Positions 36,052 to 43,870 of a stretch of 64,000 bases of DNA are shown here, in pieces. The DNA is taken from the NCBI GenBank assembly GCA_052146595.1, contig JBKQMT010000174.1, positions 10,370-74,369 on the forward strand. Direction: 5' to 3'. Under the pieces are notes generated by a model. That model searched no databases. It saw nothing but the letters and a program-made list of their open reading frames with translations, and had not been told where the DNA came from. Both the position numbers and the translations under genes were made by a program. This DNA is from Acidimicrobiales bacterium. GTDB taxonomy: Bacteria > Actinomycetota > Acidimicrobiia > Acidimicrobiales > Bog-793. Position 1 is the first letter of the stretch. Each line of letters begins with the position of its first letter.

Positions 36052-37620
36052 ATGGCCGAGACGACGACCAAGACGGCGCGACCGGCGACATCGGCCCCGC
36101 TCGACGACGAAGCCCGCTACCTGGCGGTGCGCAGCCGCGACTCGCGTTTTGACGGGGTCTTCTTCGTCGCTGTCACCTCGACGGGGATCTACTGCCGCCC
36201 GAGCTGCCCGTCACCGCCCGCCCGGCCGGCGAGGGTTCGCTTTTTCCCGACCGCCGCCGCGGCCCAGCGGGCGGGCTTTCGGGCGTGCAAGCGCTGCCTG
36301 CCGGACGCCACTCCCGGCTCGCCGGAATGGGATCGTCGTGCCGACGTCGTCGGTCGCGCCATGCGCCTGATCGCGGACGGCGTGGTTGACCGCGACGGCG
36401 TTCCCGGACTGGCACGCCGGCTTGGCTACAGCGAGCGGCACCTCAACCGGCTGCTGATCGCGGAGGTGGGAGCGGGACCGCTCGCCCTCGCCCGGGCACA
36501 GCGCGCCCAGACGGCGCGGATCCTGCTCGAGACGACGCAGCTGCGGGCGGCCGAGATCGCATCCGCTGCCGGCTTCTCGAGCGTCCGGCAATTCAACGAG
36601 ACGGTGCAGGAGGTCTTCGCACTTGCCCCGACGGCGCTCCGGGCCCGGGCTGTTGCCCGACGCGGGGCGCGGGGTGCCTCCTGGGCCGCACCCGGGACCG
36701 TCGCTCTCAGGCTCGCCTACCGCTGCCCGTTCCAGGCTGTCCAGCTCTTCGGTTTCCTGGCCGCCCGGGCGGTTCCCGGAGTCGAGGAGGGCGATCTGGG
36801 GCGTTACCGCCGGACGCTCTCGCTGCCGCACGGGACCGCCGTGGCCGAGGTCGGCGTCGACAAGGACGCTCAGGGCTACCTGCGATGCCTGCTCGCCCTC
36901 GAGGACGTGCGCGACCTCACGGCTGCCGTCCGGCGGCTGCGCCGCCTTTTCGATCTCGACGCCGATCCGGTCGCTGTCGTCGAGGCCTTCGGCACCGACG
37001 CCGTGCTCGGCCCGGCCGTGAGGGTCTGGCCGGGCCTGAGGACGGCGGGGCACGTGGACGGCGACGAGCTGGCCTTGCGGGCGGTCCTCGGTCAGCAGGT
37101 CAGCGTCGCCGGTGCCCGCACGCTGGCCGGCCGGCTCGCCGCCGAGCACGGTCGCAAGCTGGGGGAGGCTTCCGGGTCCCTCACGCACTTGTTTCCGAGC
37201 GCGGAGGCGATCGCCGCCCTAGCCCCTGAGCAGCTGCCCATGCCCGCCGGCCGGGCGAGGGCCGTGATCGGGCTCGCGTCGGCGCTCGCTTCCGGAGCGG
37301 TGGTCCTCGACGCGGGGGCCGACCGGGATGCCGTTGCCGAGCGGCTGCTGGCGATACCCGGCATCGGCCCGTGGACCGTGGCCTACATCCGGCTCCGCGC
37401 CCTCGGCGACCCCGACGCTTTCCTGCCGAGCGATCTCGGTGTCAGGCGAGCCCTCGAGTCCCGCGGCCTTCCCGGCGACCCCGCCAGCGCGGCGTCGATG
37501 GCCGAGGCATGGCGGCCGTGGCGCTCATATGCCCTGCAGTACTTGTGGTCCGCGCCGAACAGCTCGGGGCGGGAAACCGACGACCGCCGCCAGACGGCGG
37601 GAAAGGAGCGAGCAGCATGA
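36052..37620 (+). CDS. alkA: Fused Ada (Zn methylphosphotriester acceptor plus AraC HTH) and AlkA (DNA-3-methyladenine glycosylase II)
   Basis: GIYCRPSCPS...FRACKRCLPD (Ada Zn-Cys4), an AraC-type HTH region, then the HhH-GPD part (LLAIPGIGPWTVAYIRLRALGDPDAF). This is the same fusion and order as the mycobacterial alkA-ogt pair. Confidence 0.85.
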   Translation: MAETTTKTARPATSAPLDDEARYLAVRSRDSRFDGVFFVAVTSTGIYCRPSCPSPPARPARVRFFPTAAAAQRAGFRACKRCLPDATPGSPEWDRRADVVGRAMRLIADGVVDRDGVPGLARRLGYSERHLNRLLIAEVGAGPLALARAQRAQTARILLETTQLRAAEIASAAGFSSVRQFNETVQEVFALAPTALRARAVARRGARGASWAAPGTVALRLAYRCPFQAVQLFGFLAARAVPGVEEGDLGRYRRTLSLPHGTAVAEVGVDKDAQGYLRCLLALEDVRDLTAAVRRLRRLFDLDADPVAVVEAFGTDAVLGPAVRVWPGLRTAGHVDGDELALRAVLGQQVSVAGARTLAGRLAAEHGRKLGEASGSLTHLFPSAEAIAALAPEQLPMPAGRARAVIGLASALASGAVVLDAGADRDAVAERLLAIPGIGPWTVAYIRLRALGDPDAFLPSDLGVRRALESRGLPGDPASAASMAEAWRPWRSYALQYLWSAPNSSGRETDDRRQTAGKERAA

Positions 37621-38189
37621 GCATCATCGCCAAGGCACCAGCCGCCGGAGCGGCTGGTGGGCTACGGCCCAAGGCTGTCACAGACCCTGTTGTTTCCTGG
37701 ACCGTTTGCCAGTCGCCGATCGGTGACATCCTCCTCGTCGCAGACGACTCGGGCCTGGGCGAGCTTCACCTGCCCGGGAGCTTCCCCGTTCCCGACGGGG
37801 TGTCGGCCACGGCCTCTGCCTGCGCCCCGCTCAGAAAGGCCGTCCAGCAGCTCGAGGCTTATTTCGCCGGAGAACTGACACGATTCGACCTGCCACTGGC
37901 CCCGAAGGGGACGGAATTCCAGCTCCGGGTCTGGTGGGCGCTGGCCGACATCCCCTATGCGACGACCGAGAGCTACGGTTCGGTCGCGGCGAGGATCGGG
38001 AACCCGAGGGCCAGCCGCGCGGTCGGCATGGCGAACAACAAGAACCCGCTTGCGATAGTGCTTCCTTGCCATCGCGTCATCGGCTCCGACGGCAGCCTCG
38101 TCGGTTACGGCGGTGGCCTGTGGATGAAGGACTGGCTGCTCGTGCACGAGGCGAAGGTCGCCGAGCGCCGTGGAGCGTTGCCGGGCTGA
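37617..38189 (+). CDS. ogt: Methylated-DNA--protein-cysteine methyltransferase
   Basis: TEFQLRVWWALADIPYATTESYG...NKNPLAIVLPCHRVIGSDGSLVGYGGG (PCHRV active site). ATGA overlap with alkA. Confidence 0.9.
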   Translation: MSIIAKAPAAGAAGGLRPKAVTDPVVSWTVCQSPIGDILLVADDSGLGELHLPGSFPVPDGVSATASACAPLRKAVQQLEAYFAGELTRFDLPLAPKGTEFQLRVWWALADIPYATTESYGSVAARIGNPRASRAVGMANNKNPLAIVLPCHRVIGSDGSLVGYGGGLWMKDWLLVHEAKVAERRGALPG

Positions 38190-38200
38190 AGGCTCCGCTC

Positions 38201-38677
38201 TCAGCCAGGCGGGCTCTGGGCGGCGGGACCAGACGACGCCTGCTCGCGGGCGTAGGTGTTCAAGCGCTCGAGCTCGTCCAGGTACAGGCCGCGCATGGCG
38301 CGGGGTGCGAACATCCGCTCGAAGAACCCACCGATGCCTCCGGCGCCGTCCCAGGTCGTGGAGATGGTGACGCGCGAGGAGGCACCTTGGGGCTCAACGG
38401 TGAAGCTCGTGACGAGGCTCGAGTTGGTGTCGGACTCGGTGAGGACGCGACCGGGCTCGGGCTCGGCCACCTGCATCCGGTACTCACGCGTCCGCCCGCC
38501 GGCGGTGAGCTTGAAGCGCGTGACCGTGCCCGCACCGACCCCGCCGGATTCGAGCTCGAGATCGGAGAAGGCCGGGGGGAGGAAGCGGCGATGCTGCTCG
38601 GTGTCGGCAAGATATCCGTAGACGACCTCGGCGGGTGCCTCGATCACTCGTCCCGCAGAGACTTGGACCTTTCCCAT
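38201..38677 (-). CDS. SRPBCC (START/polyketide-cyclase-like) family protein
   Basis: MGKVQVSAGRVIEAPAEVVYGYLADTEQHRRFLPPAF...; size and pattern are typical of the family. Confidence 0.65.
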   Translation of the reverse strand: MGKVQVSAGRVIEAPAEVVYGYLADTEQHRRFLPPAFSDLELESGGVGAGTVTRFKLTAGGRTREYRMQVAEPEPGRVLTESDTNSSLVTSFTVEPQGASSRVTISTTWDGAGGIGGFFERMFAPRAMRGLYLDELERLNTYAREQASSGPAAQSPPG

Positions 38678-38836
38678 GAGGCCTGCTTACCACGGCCGCC
38701 CGGGGTCGCGACGCACTCGTTCGGCGGAGGCGTTAGCTTCCTGCCTCGTGGGCCATGATGCTGGCGCCCTGTCGGGCCGATCCCGGTTGAGCTGCGGCAG
38801 TCGGACTGCCGTCCGGCTCGTGCGGGCAGGGGGGGA

Positions 38837-39478
38837 GTGACCACCACGGCGGCAGCCCACCTCGCCCGATGGGAGCGGTCCGGACTTTGCGACGCCCTGA
38901 TCCGCTCCGGCCCCGGGGCGCTGACGCTTTGCGAGGGCTGGCTGACGAGGGATCTCGCCGCCCACCTTTTCGTGCGCGAGCGCCGTCCCCTGGCGGCAGC
39001 GGGCATCGTGCTGGGCGGCAGGTTCGCCAAGCTCACCGCCAGCTCGATGAAGGCGGCGCTCAGGACCTACGGCTATGTCGGCCTCGTGGCCAGGGTGCGC
39101 GCCGGGCCGCCTCTGCTGTGGCGGCCCGTGGACGATCAGGTCAACCTCGTCGAGTTCTTCGTGCACACAGAGGACGTGCGCAGGGCGGCGCCGGACTGGG
39201 AGGCGAGAAACGACCCGCAGCTCGACAGAGCTCTCTGGGCCAGCCTCGGTCGCTGGTCCAAGATGATGACCCGCAAGCTGCAAGGTGCCGGGCTGGAGCT
39301 GGAGCGGCCGGACGGCGAGAGGATCGTCGCTCACCGGGGCGAGCCGAGTGCCGTGCTCAGCGGGGGCCCCCAGGAGCTCGTGCTCTTCCTCTACGGCCGC
39401 GCCCAGGTGGCGAGAGTCGCTCTCACCGGCGCCGAGGAGGCGCAGCGGGCGGTGCGCCAAGCTCGCTTCGGCATCTAG
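38837..39478 (+). CDS. DinB/mycothiol-dependent maleylpyruvate-isomerase-N-like protein (TIGR03085-type)
   Basis: LCEGWLTRDLAAHLFVRERRP...VNLVEFFVHTEDVRRA...; recognised from memory of actinobacterial homologues. Confidence 0.6.
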   Translation: MTTTAAAHLARWERSGLCDALIRSGPGALTLCEGWLTRDLAAHLFVRERRPLAAAGIVLGGRFAKLTASSMKAALRTYGYVGLVARVRAGPPLLWRPVDDQVNLVEFFVHTEDVRRAAPDWEARNDPQLDRALWASLGRWSKMMTRKLQGAGLELERPDGERIVAHRGEPSAVLSGGPQELVLFLYGRAQVARVALTGAEEAQRAVRQARFGI

Positions 39479-39493
39479 GCCGTTGTCGGCAAA

Positions 39494-39533
39494 GAGCGGG
39501 TCCCCCGTTCTAGGAGCGGGTCTGCCGCTCTAG
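39494..39533. repeat. Two tandem 20-mers, each ending in TCTAG, between convergent genes
   Basis: gagcgggtcccccgttctag / gagcgggtctgccgctctag (16/20 identical). The upstream CDS also ends in ...catctag. The last CTAG supplies the stop of the minus-strand regulator gene. Confidence 0.75.
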
Positions 39534-40222
39534 GAAGAGGCCCCGAAGCCGCCCCCGTCGGCCCGCCGCGCCGCTTCTCTTGCGCTCTGGCGCTCCGACA
39601 GCCTGGCAGCGTAGGCGGCGGCCTCGCTACGCCGGTCCATCCCGAGCTTGGAGAGCATGCTCGAGACGTAGTTCTTCACGGTCTTCTCGGCCAGGTAGAG
39701 GCGGTCGGCGATCTGACGGTTCGTCAGGCCCTCGGCGACGAGGTCGAGAACGCGCCGCTCCTGGTCCGAGAGTCGGTCGAGCCGTTCGTCGCGGACAGGC
39801 CCGTCGCGAAGCCTGTCGAAGACGCGCTTTGTCATCGAAGGGTCGATGAGGGACTCGCCCCGGCCCACCCGGCGTACGGCGTCGACGAGGTCGCTGCCCC
39901 GGATCTGCTTGAGGACGTAGCCGGACGCCCCGGCCATGATGGCGGCGAAGAGGGCTTCGTCGTCGGCGAACGACGTCAACATCAGGCACTGGACATCGGG
40001 CAAGCGTGAGCGCAGCTCGCGGCAGACCTCGATCCCGTCCCCGTCAGGCAGCCGGATGTCGAGCACGGCCACGTCGGGTCCGAGGGCGATGCCTCGCGAG
40101 ATCGCCTCCGCTGCCGTGCCCGCCTCGCCGACGACCTCGATGTCGCCGTTGACTTCCAGCATCGACCGCAGGCCGTTGCGGACGATCTCGTGGTCGTCGA
40201 CCAGAAACACACGTAGAGCCAT
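39530..40222 (-). CDS. NarL/LuxR-family response regulator (REC plus HTH); no cognate kinase in the window
   Basis: VFLVDDHEIVRNGL...VAVLDIRLPDGDG...LMLTSF...; C-terminal LSDQERRVLDLVAEGLTNRQIADRLYLAEKTVKNYVSSMLSKLG. GGGAGGG RBS before the ATG at 40222. Confidence 0.9.
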   Translation of the reverse strand: MALRVFLVDDHEIVRNGLRSMLEVNGDIEVVGEAGTAAEAISRGIALGPDVAVLDIRLPDGDGIEVCRELRSRLPDVQCLMLTSFADDEALFAAIMAGASGYVLKQIRGSDLVDAVRRVGRGESLIDPSMTKRVFDRLRDGPVRDERLDRLSDQERRVLDLVAEGLTNRQIADRLYLAEKTVKNYVSSMLSKLGMDRRSEAAAYAARLSERQSAREAARRADGGGFGASS

Positions 40223-40249
40223 TGACCCTCCCTCGAGTACCACTCGAGG

Positions 40250-41281
40250 TTACTGGGAGGGCGACTGGCGACCGGGAGGCAGCTGGGAAAAGGCCTCGGG
40301 ACCGAGCGAGCGGTAGTGATAGCGCCAGATCAGGCGGTAGACGCCCACCCAGCGCGGCACCGATCTCAGGCCCGGGATGAACGGCAGCAGGGCCAGGACC
40401 AGGGTGAGCGCCATCATGATCGCCCACACCTCTACGTCGCCGTTGGTGGACGTCTTCATCGGAGGCACCTGGTACCACAGGGTGTACAGCCAGAGCCACG
40501 CCTGCCCGGGATAGTTCCCGGTCTCGTTCATCATTCCCCATTGGCTTCCCTGGAGATGGCGCTGCGTGGCCAGGTCCGACATGTAGGTGCCGCCCGCGAT
40601 GAGCAGCAAGGGGTTGGTGTAGTTCGTGGCGTAGAGCTGGGGCGACGCGAGGAGAGCACCGTCGAGGGCCCCGGTCTGGGCCATCGACTCGAGGTTGCTG
40701 ATGAGGCTGGCGACCGGGCCGTAAGGACCGCTCTTCACGACGAGCTTTCCGTTCGAGAAGGTGGCCTCCGCGACGACGGTCTCGTAAGCAGCGTCCCACT
40801 TCGCCTGTTGCACCGGTGAAGCGCCCTCATACCTCGAGAGGGCGGCGTCAAGGAGCGGGCGGTTCGGCAGCGTCGCGAGCGGGTCCAGCACGAAGACCTT
40901 GGCGGTGTCGATCGGGATCCTGACTCCGGCGGCACGCTCGAGCGAGATGGGGCCGAGCATCTGGCTGACGCCCTTGGTGTCGGTGTAGGGCGGCCCGTAG
41001 GTCGCGAGCGCGCTCGTCCCGTCGAGCTCGGTCATCGCAGTCTGGGCAAAGTCCACCGGTGCGGCATTCGACCAGGACTTGACGGTCACCGGAGGATCGT
41101 CGGGCGACGAGAAGACGATGGCACAGGCGACCACGAGAACGAGGACGGCCAGGAAGCAGACGAAGACCTCTTTCACGACGTCGTAGCGCCGGTACGCCCC
41201 CTGCCACTCGACGACGTCGCGGTCCGGCCTGAAGCGCCGTACCCGGTGGGCACGGGACTGGGCAGCTGCGCTGGAGCTCAT
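40250..41281 (-). CDS. Membrane protein of unknown function (N-terminal TM, about 250-aa extracytoplasmic domain, C-terminal TM region)
   Basis: VFVCFLAVLVLVVACAIVF ... ATYGPPYTDTKGVSQMLGPISL ... VEVWAIMMALTLVLALLPFIPGL. ATGA overlap with the cytochrome b gene stop. I recognise no motif. Confidence 0.6.
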   Translation of the reverse strand: MSSSAAAQSRAHRVRRFRPDRDVVEWQGAYRRYDVVKEVFVCFLAVLVLVVACAIVFSSPDDPPVTVKSWSNAAPVDFAQTAMTELDGTSALATYGPPYTDTKGVSQMLGPISLERAAGVRIPIDTAKVFVLDPLATLPNRPLLDAALSRYEGASPVQQAKWDAAYETVVAEATFSNGKLVVKSGPYGPVASLISNLESMAQTGALDGALLASPQLYATNYTNPLLLIAGGTYMSDLATQRHLQGSQWGMMNETGNYPGQAWLWLYTLWYQVPPMKTSTNGDVEVWAIMMALTLVLALLPFIPGLRSVPRWVGVYRLIWRYHYRSLGPEAFSQLPPGRQSPSQ

Positions 41282-42240
41282 GACTCGTCCTCTGGCAAGT
41301 GCCACAGGGACTCCTGTACCGCAGGTTCGGGCGCCGGGGGTTCCTTCGCAGCCGGCTCGTCAGGCGCCGACTGCGGCAAGGTTGGCGTCTGGGCAACCGG
41401 TTCTGGAGTTGACGGCTCCTGCGAGGTCGGCTCTTGCACCCAGGGTTCTGTTGTCACCGGCTCTCGGGTCGCCAGCGGCTCCTGCGAGCTCGGCTCGCCC
41501 AAGGCGACCGGCGCCCGTTGTGATGGCAGCTCCTCTAACGGGGGCGCCGCAGCCGGGGTCGTGGTGATCCCGCTGCCCGCGAGCCCGGCCTTGGCGAGCT
41601 GGGCTTGGGTCGGGGCGAAAGGCGGGACGACGCCGCGGCGCCTCACGAGCAGGACGTGAATCCCGATCAAGAGGGCGACGAGCAGGGGCAGGAGCACGAT
41701 GTGCCACATCAGCATCTGGCCGAAATTGAGAACGTTCCAAAAAGCGCCGGCACCGGTGGAGTTGATGCCGTCTTTTGCCTGGGTGCCGATCCACTCCGAG
41801 TCGAAGTTCTGCTGCGAGAGATAACCGGTGAAAGCCGTCCCGATGGAGACGGCGAAAGCGATCACCCCGGTGATCCACGTCGCCTTGCGCCGACCGCGCC
41901 AGGCGGCCATGAAGAACTTGGCCCAAAGGTGCACGACCATGAACATGAAGAAGAGCTCGGTGCCCCACAGATGGGTCGAGTTCACGAACAGCCCGACGTT
42001 GGACTTGTGCCACCATGAAGGGCCTTCGACGGCAAGCACGGCTCCCGAGAGCAGCACGACGATGAACGCCCCGATCGTCAAGGCTCCGAAGACGTAGGCC
42101 CAGGAGGCGACGTAAGCCGGTTGGCGGTCCGGGAGCAGGCGGTCGGGCGGGAGCGCCTCGACCGCCTTGTCGCGGAGCTTCCCTGTCCCGGTCCCCGTCT
42201 CCGTGCTGGCGGCGAGCGCGTCGACCGCCCGCGCGCTCAC
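41278..42240 (-). CDS. Di-haem cytochrome b, N-terminal (b6-like, 4-helix) domain only, with a Pro/Glu/Thr/Gln-rich C-terminal tail
   Basis: Helix B THLWGTELFFMFMVVHLW (H-x13-H) and helix D WHIVLLPLLVALLIGIHVLL (H-x14-H). Tail ...SSQEPLATREPVTTEPWVQEPTSQEPSTPEPVAQ.... The GTG at 42240 gives a GTGA overlap with the upstream small ORF. Confidence 0.8.
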   Translation of the reverse strand: MSARAVDALAASTETGTGTGKLRDKAVEALPPDRLLPDRQPAYVASWAYVFGALTIGAFIVVLLSGAVLAVEGPSWWHKSNVGLFVNSTHLWGTELFFMFMVVHLWAKFFMAAWRGRRKATWITGVIAFAVSIGTAFTGYLSQQNFDSEWIGTQAKDGINSTGAGAFWNVLNFGQMLMWHIVLLPLLVALLIGIHVLLVRRRGVVPPFAPTQAQLAKAGLAGSGITTTPAAAPPLEELPSQRAPVALGEPSSQEPLATREPVTTEPWVQEPTSQEPSTPEPVAQTPTLPQSAPDEPAAKEPPAPEPAVQESLWHLPEDES

Positions 42241-42440
42241 TTCCGCCTCGTCTCGTGTCTCGGGAAGGGCAGCACGATCGCGACGACGAGCATGACGATC
42301 ATCACCAGGATGACGATCAGGTTCGCGAGCGAGATCTGGACAGCGCCCCAGCTGATGTACTTGCCCGTTCCCCCGAGGTGCACCAGAGCTGCGAGCAGGC
42401 TGAACCCCCCGAGAATTGCCGTGTGACCCACGGTCCCCAC
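42237..42440 (-). CDS. Small (64-67 aa) two-TM membrane protein, unknown function
   Basis: Codon third positions are G/C-rich throughout by eye. GHTAILGGFSLLAALVHLGG...LANLIVILVMIVMLVVAIVLPF. A GGGGAGG RBS favours the second GTG (42431). Confidence 0.6.
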   Translation of the reverse strand: MGTVGHTAILGGFSLLAALVHLGGTGKYISWGAVQISLANLIVILVMIVMLVVAIVLPFPRHETRRK

Positions 42441-42624
42441 CTCCCCTTCGCATTCTGGCTGCGGCGTGACGAGAACCCTAGGGCCGAAAGTCCCGACTGG
42501 CTCAAACCGCCGGCGCGGCGGCGCCTGGACCGGTCTCAGACCGCCGGCGCGGCCCGCGCGCCAGCCGTGCAGGACTCAGTTCTGCTCAGTGTTCAGAAAC
42601 GGTGCTTGTCGATAGCATGCGAAA

Positions 42625-43845
42625 ATGGACTGGGCGTGCCTCGCCGTCGGTGTCGTCGCCGTCGTGCTTTCGCTGAGCGCCCTCCTGCCGTTGCGCGGGG
42701 CGGTGGGTTCGGCCCTCTCCTTCGTGCCGAGCTGGATCGTCGGCGAGGCGCCTTTGCACCTGGCTGCGGTCGTCCTCGCCGCGACTGTCGCTTGCGGTCT
42801 CGCGGGTGGGTTCGAGAACGCGCCGGGCTGGGCAGGCTTGGCGCTGGCCCTGGTGGCCTGTGCTGGGCTGGCGGCACAGTTCGCCTCCGGCTTGCGGTCG
42901 CGCCGATGCTTCGAGGTGGCACTTTCGGACGCGGGCGCGGTCGCAGCGCCATGGAGCTGGAGCGCCCAGGACACCCACCGCGTGGTGGTGGCACTGCCGA
43001 TCCGCCCGCGTGGTGTGGAGCGACTTCGGGACATCGCCTACGCCGAGGGCGTCGAACGAGCCCACCGTCTCGACGTCTATCGCAAGGCGGGCCCCGGGAG
43101 GACGACGGCCGCACCCGTGCTCTTGTACTTCCACGGCGGGACTTGGGTGATGGGGGACAAGCGCGAGCAGGGCATCCCCATGCTCGAGTACCTCGCCGAG
43201 CGCGGCTATGTGTGCGTGACCGCCAACTACGCCCTGAGCCCGAAGGCGCGCTGGCCACGCCACATCCTCGATTGCAAGCTGGCGCTCTTATGGGTCAAGC
43301 GCCACATAGTCGACTACGGAGGCGATCCGAGCCTCGTGTTCGTGTCAGGTGGTTCTGCCGGCGGCCATCTTGCGGCGCTCCTGGCGCTTACCGCCAATGA
43401 CCCGGCTTGGCAGCCCGGATACGAGGACGAGGACACGACGGCTGCAGGCTGCATACCGCTCTACGGCGTCTACGACTTCGTGGATGCCGACAAGATCGCC
43501 AATGCCAACCTGACGCCGGTCCTGGAGCGCTACGTCTTCCAGGAGCCCGTCCTCGAGGACTTCACCGCCGCCTCGCCCATCTCGAGGGTGCACGAGTTCG
43601 CGCCGCCGTTCTTCGTCGTCCAGGGCCGCAACGACGTCCTTGTCCCGGTGCAGGCCGCGCGTGCCTTTGTGAGCTCGTTGCGTGCTCGCAGCACCCAGCC
43701 GGTGGTCTATGCCGAGCTGCCGCTCGCCCAGCACGGCTTCGACAGCTTCTGGTCCCCGCGGACGGTGAATTTCGTGCACGCCCTCGAGCGCTTCACGGAG
43801 GGGATCATCACGACCCGGACCGCCGAGCGGGAGGTGGGACGGTAG
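42625..43845 (+). CDS. Membrane-anchored alpha/beta hydrolase-fold-3 esterase/lipase
   Basis: N-terminal hydrophobic segments, then LLYFHGGTWVMGDK (HGG oxyanion motif) and VSGGSAGGHLA (GxSxG). Confidence 0.8.
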   Translation: MDWACLAVGVVAVVLSLSALLPLRGAVGSALSFVPSWIVGEAPLHLAAVVLAATVACGLAGGFENAPGWAGLALALVACAGLAAQFASGLRSRRCFEVALSDAGAVAAPWSWSAQDTHRVVVALPIRPRGVERLRDIAYAEGVERAHRLDVYRKAGPGRTTAAPVLLYFHGGTWVMGDKREQGIPMLEYLAERGYVCVTANYALSPKARWPRHILDCKLALLWVKRHIVDYGGDPSLVFVSGGSAGGHLAALLALTANDPAWQPGYEDEDTTAAGCIPLYGVYDFVDADKIANANLTPVLERYVFQEPVLEDFTAASPISRVHEFAPPFFVVQGRNDVLVPVQAARAFVSSLRARSTQPVVYAELPLAQHGFDSFWSPRTVNFVHALERFTEGIITTRTAEREVGR

Positions 43846-43870
43846 GTCCCCGGGTGGTCGCGGCCTACCA

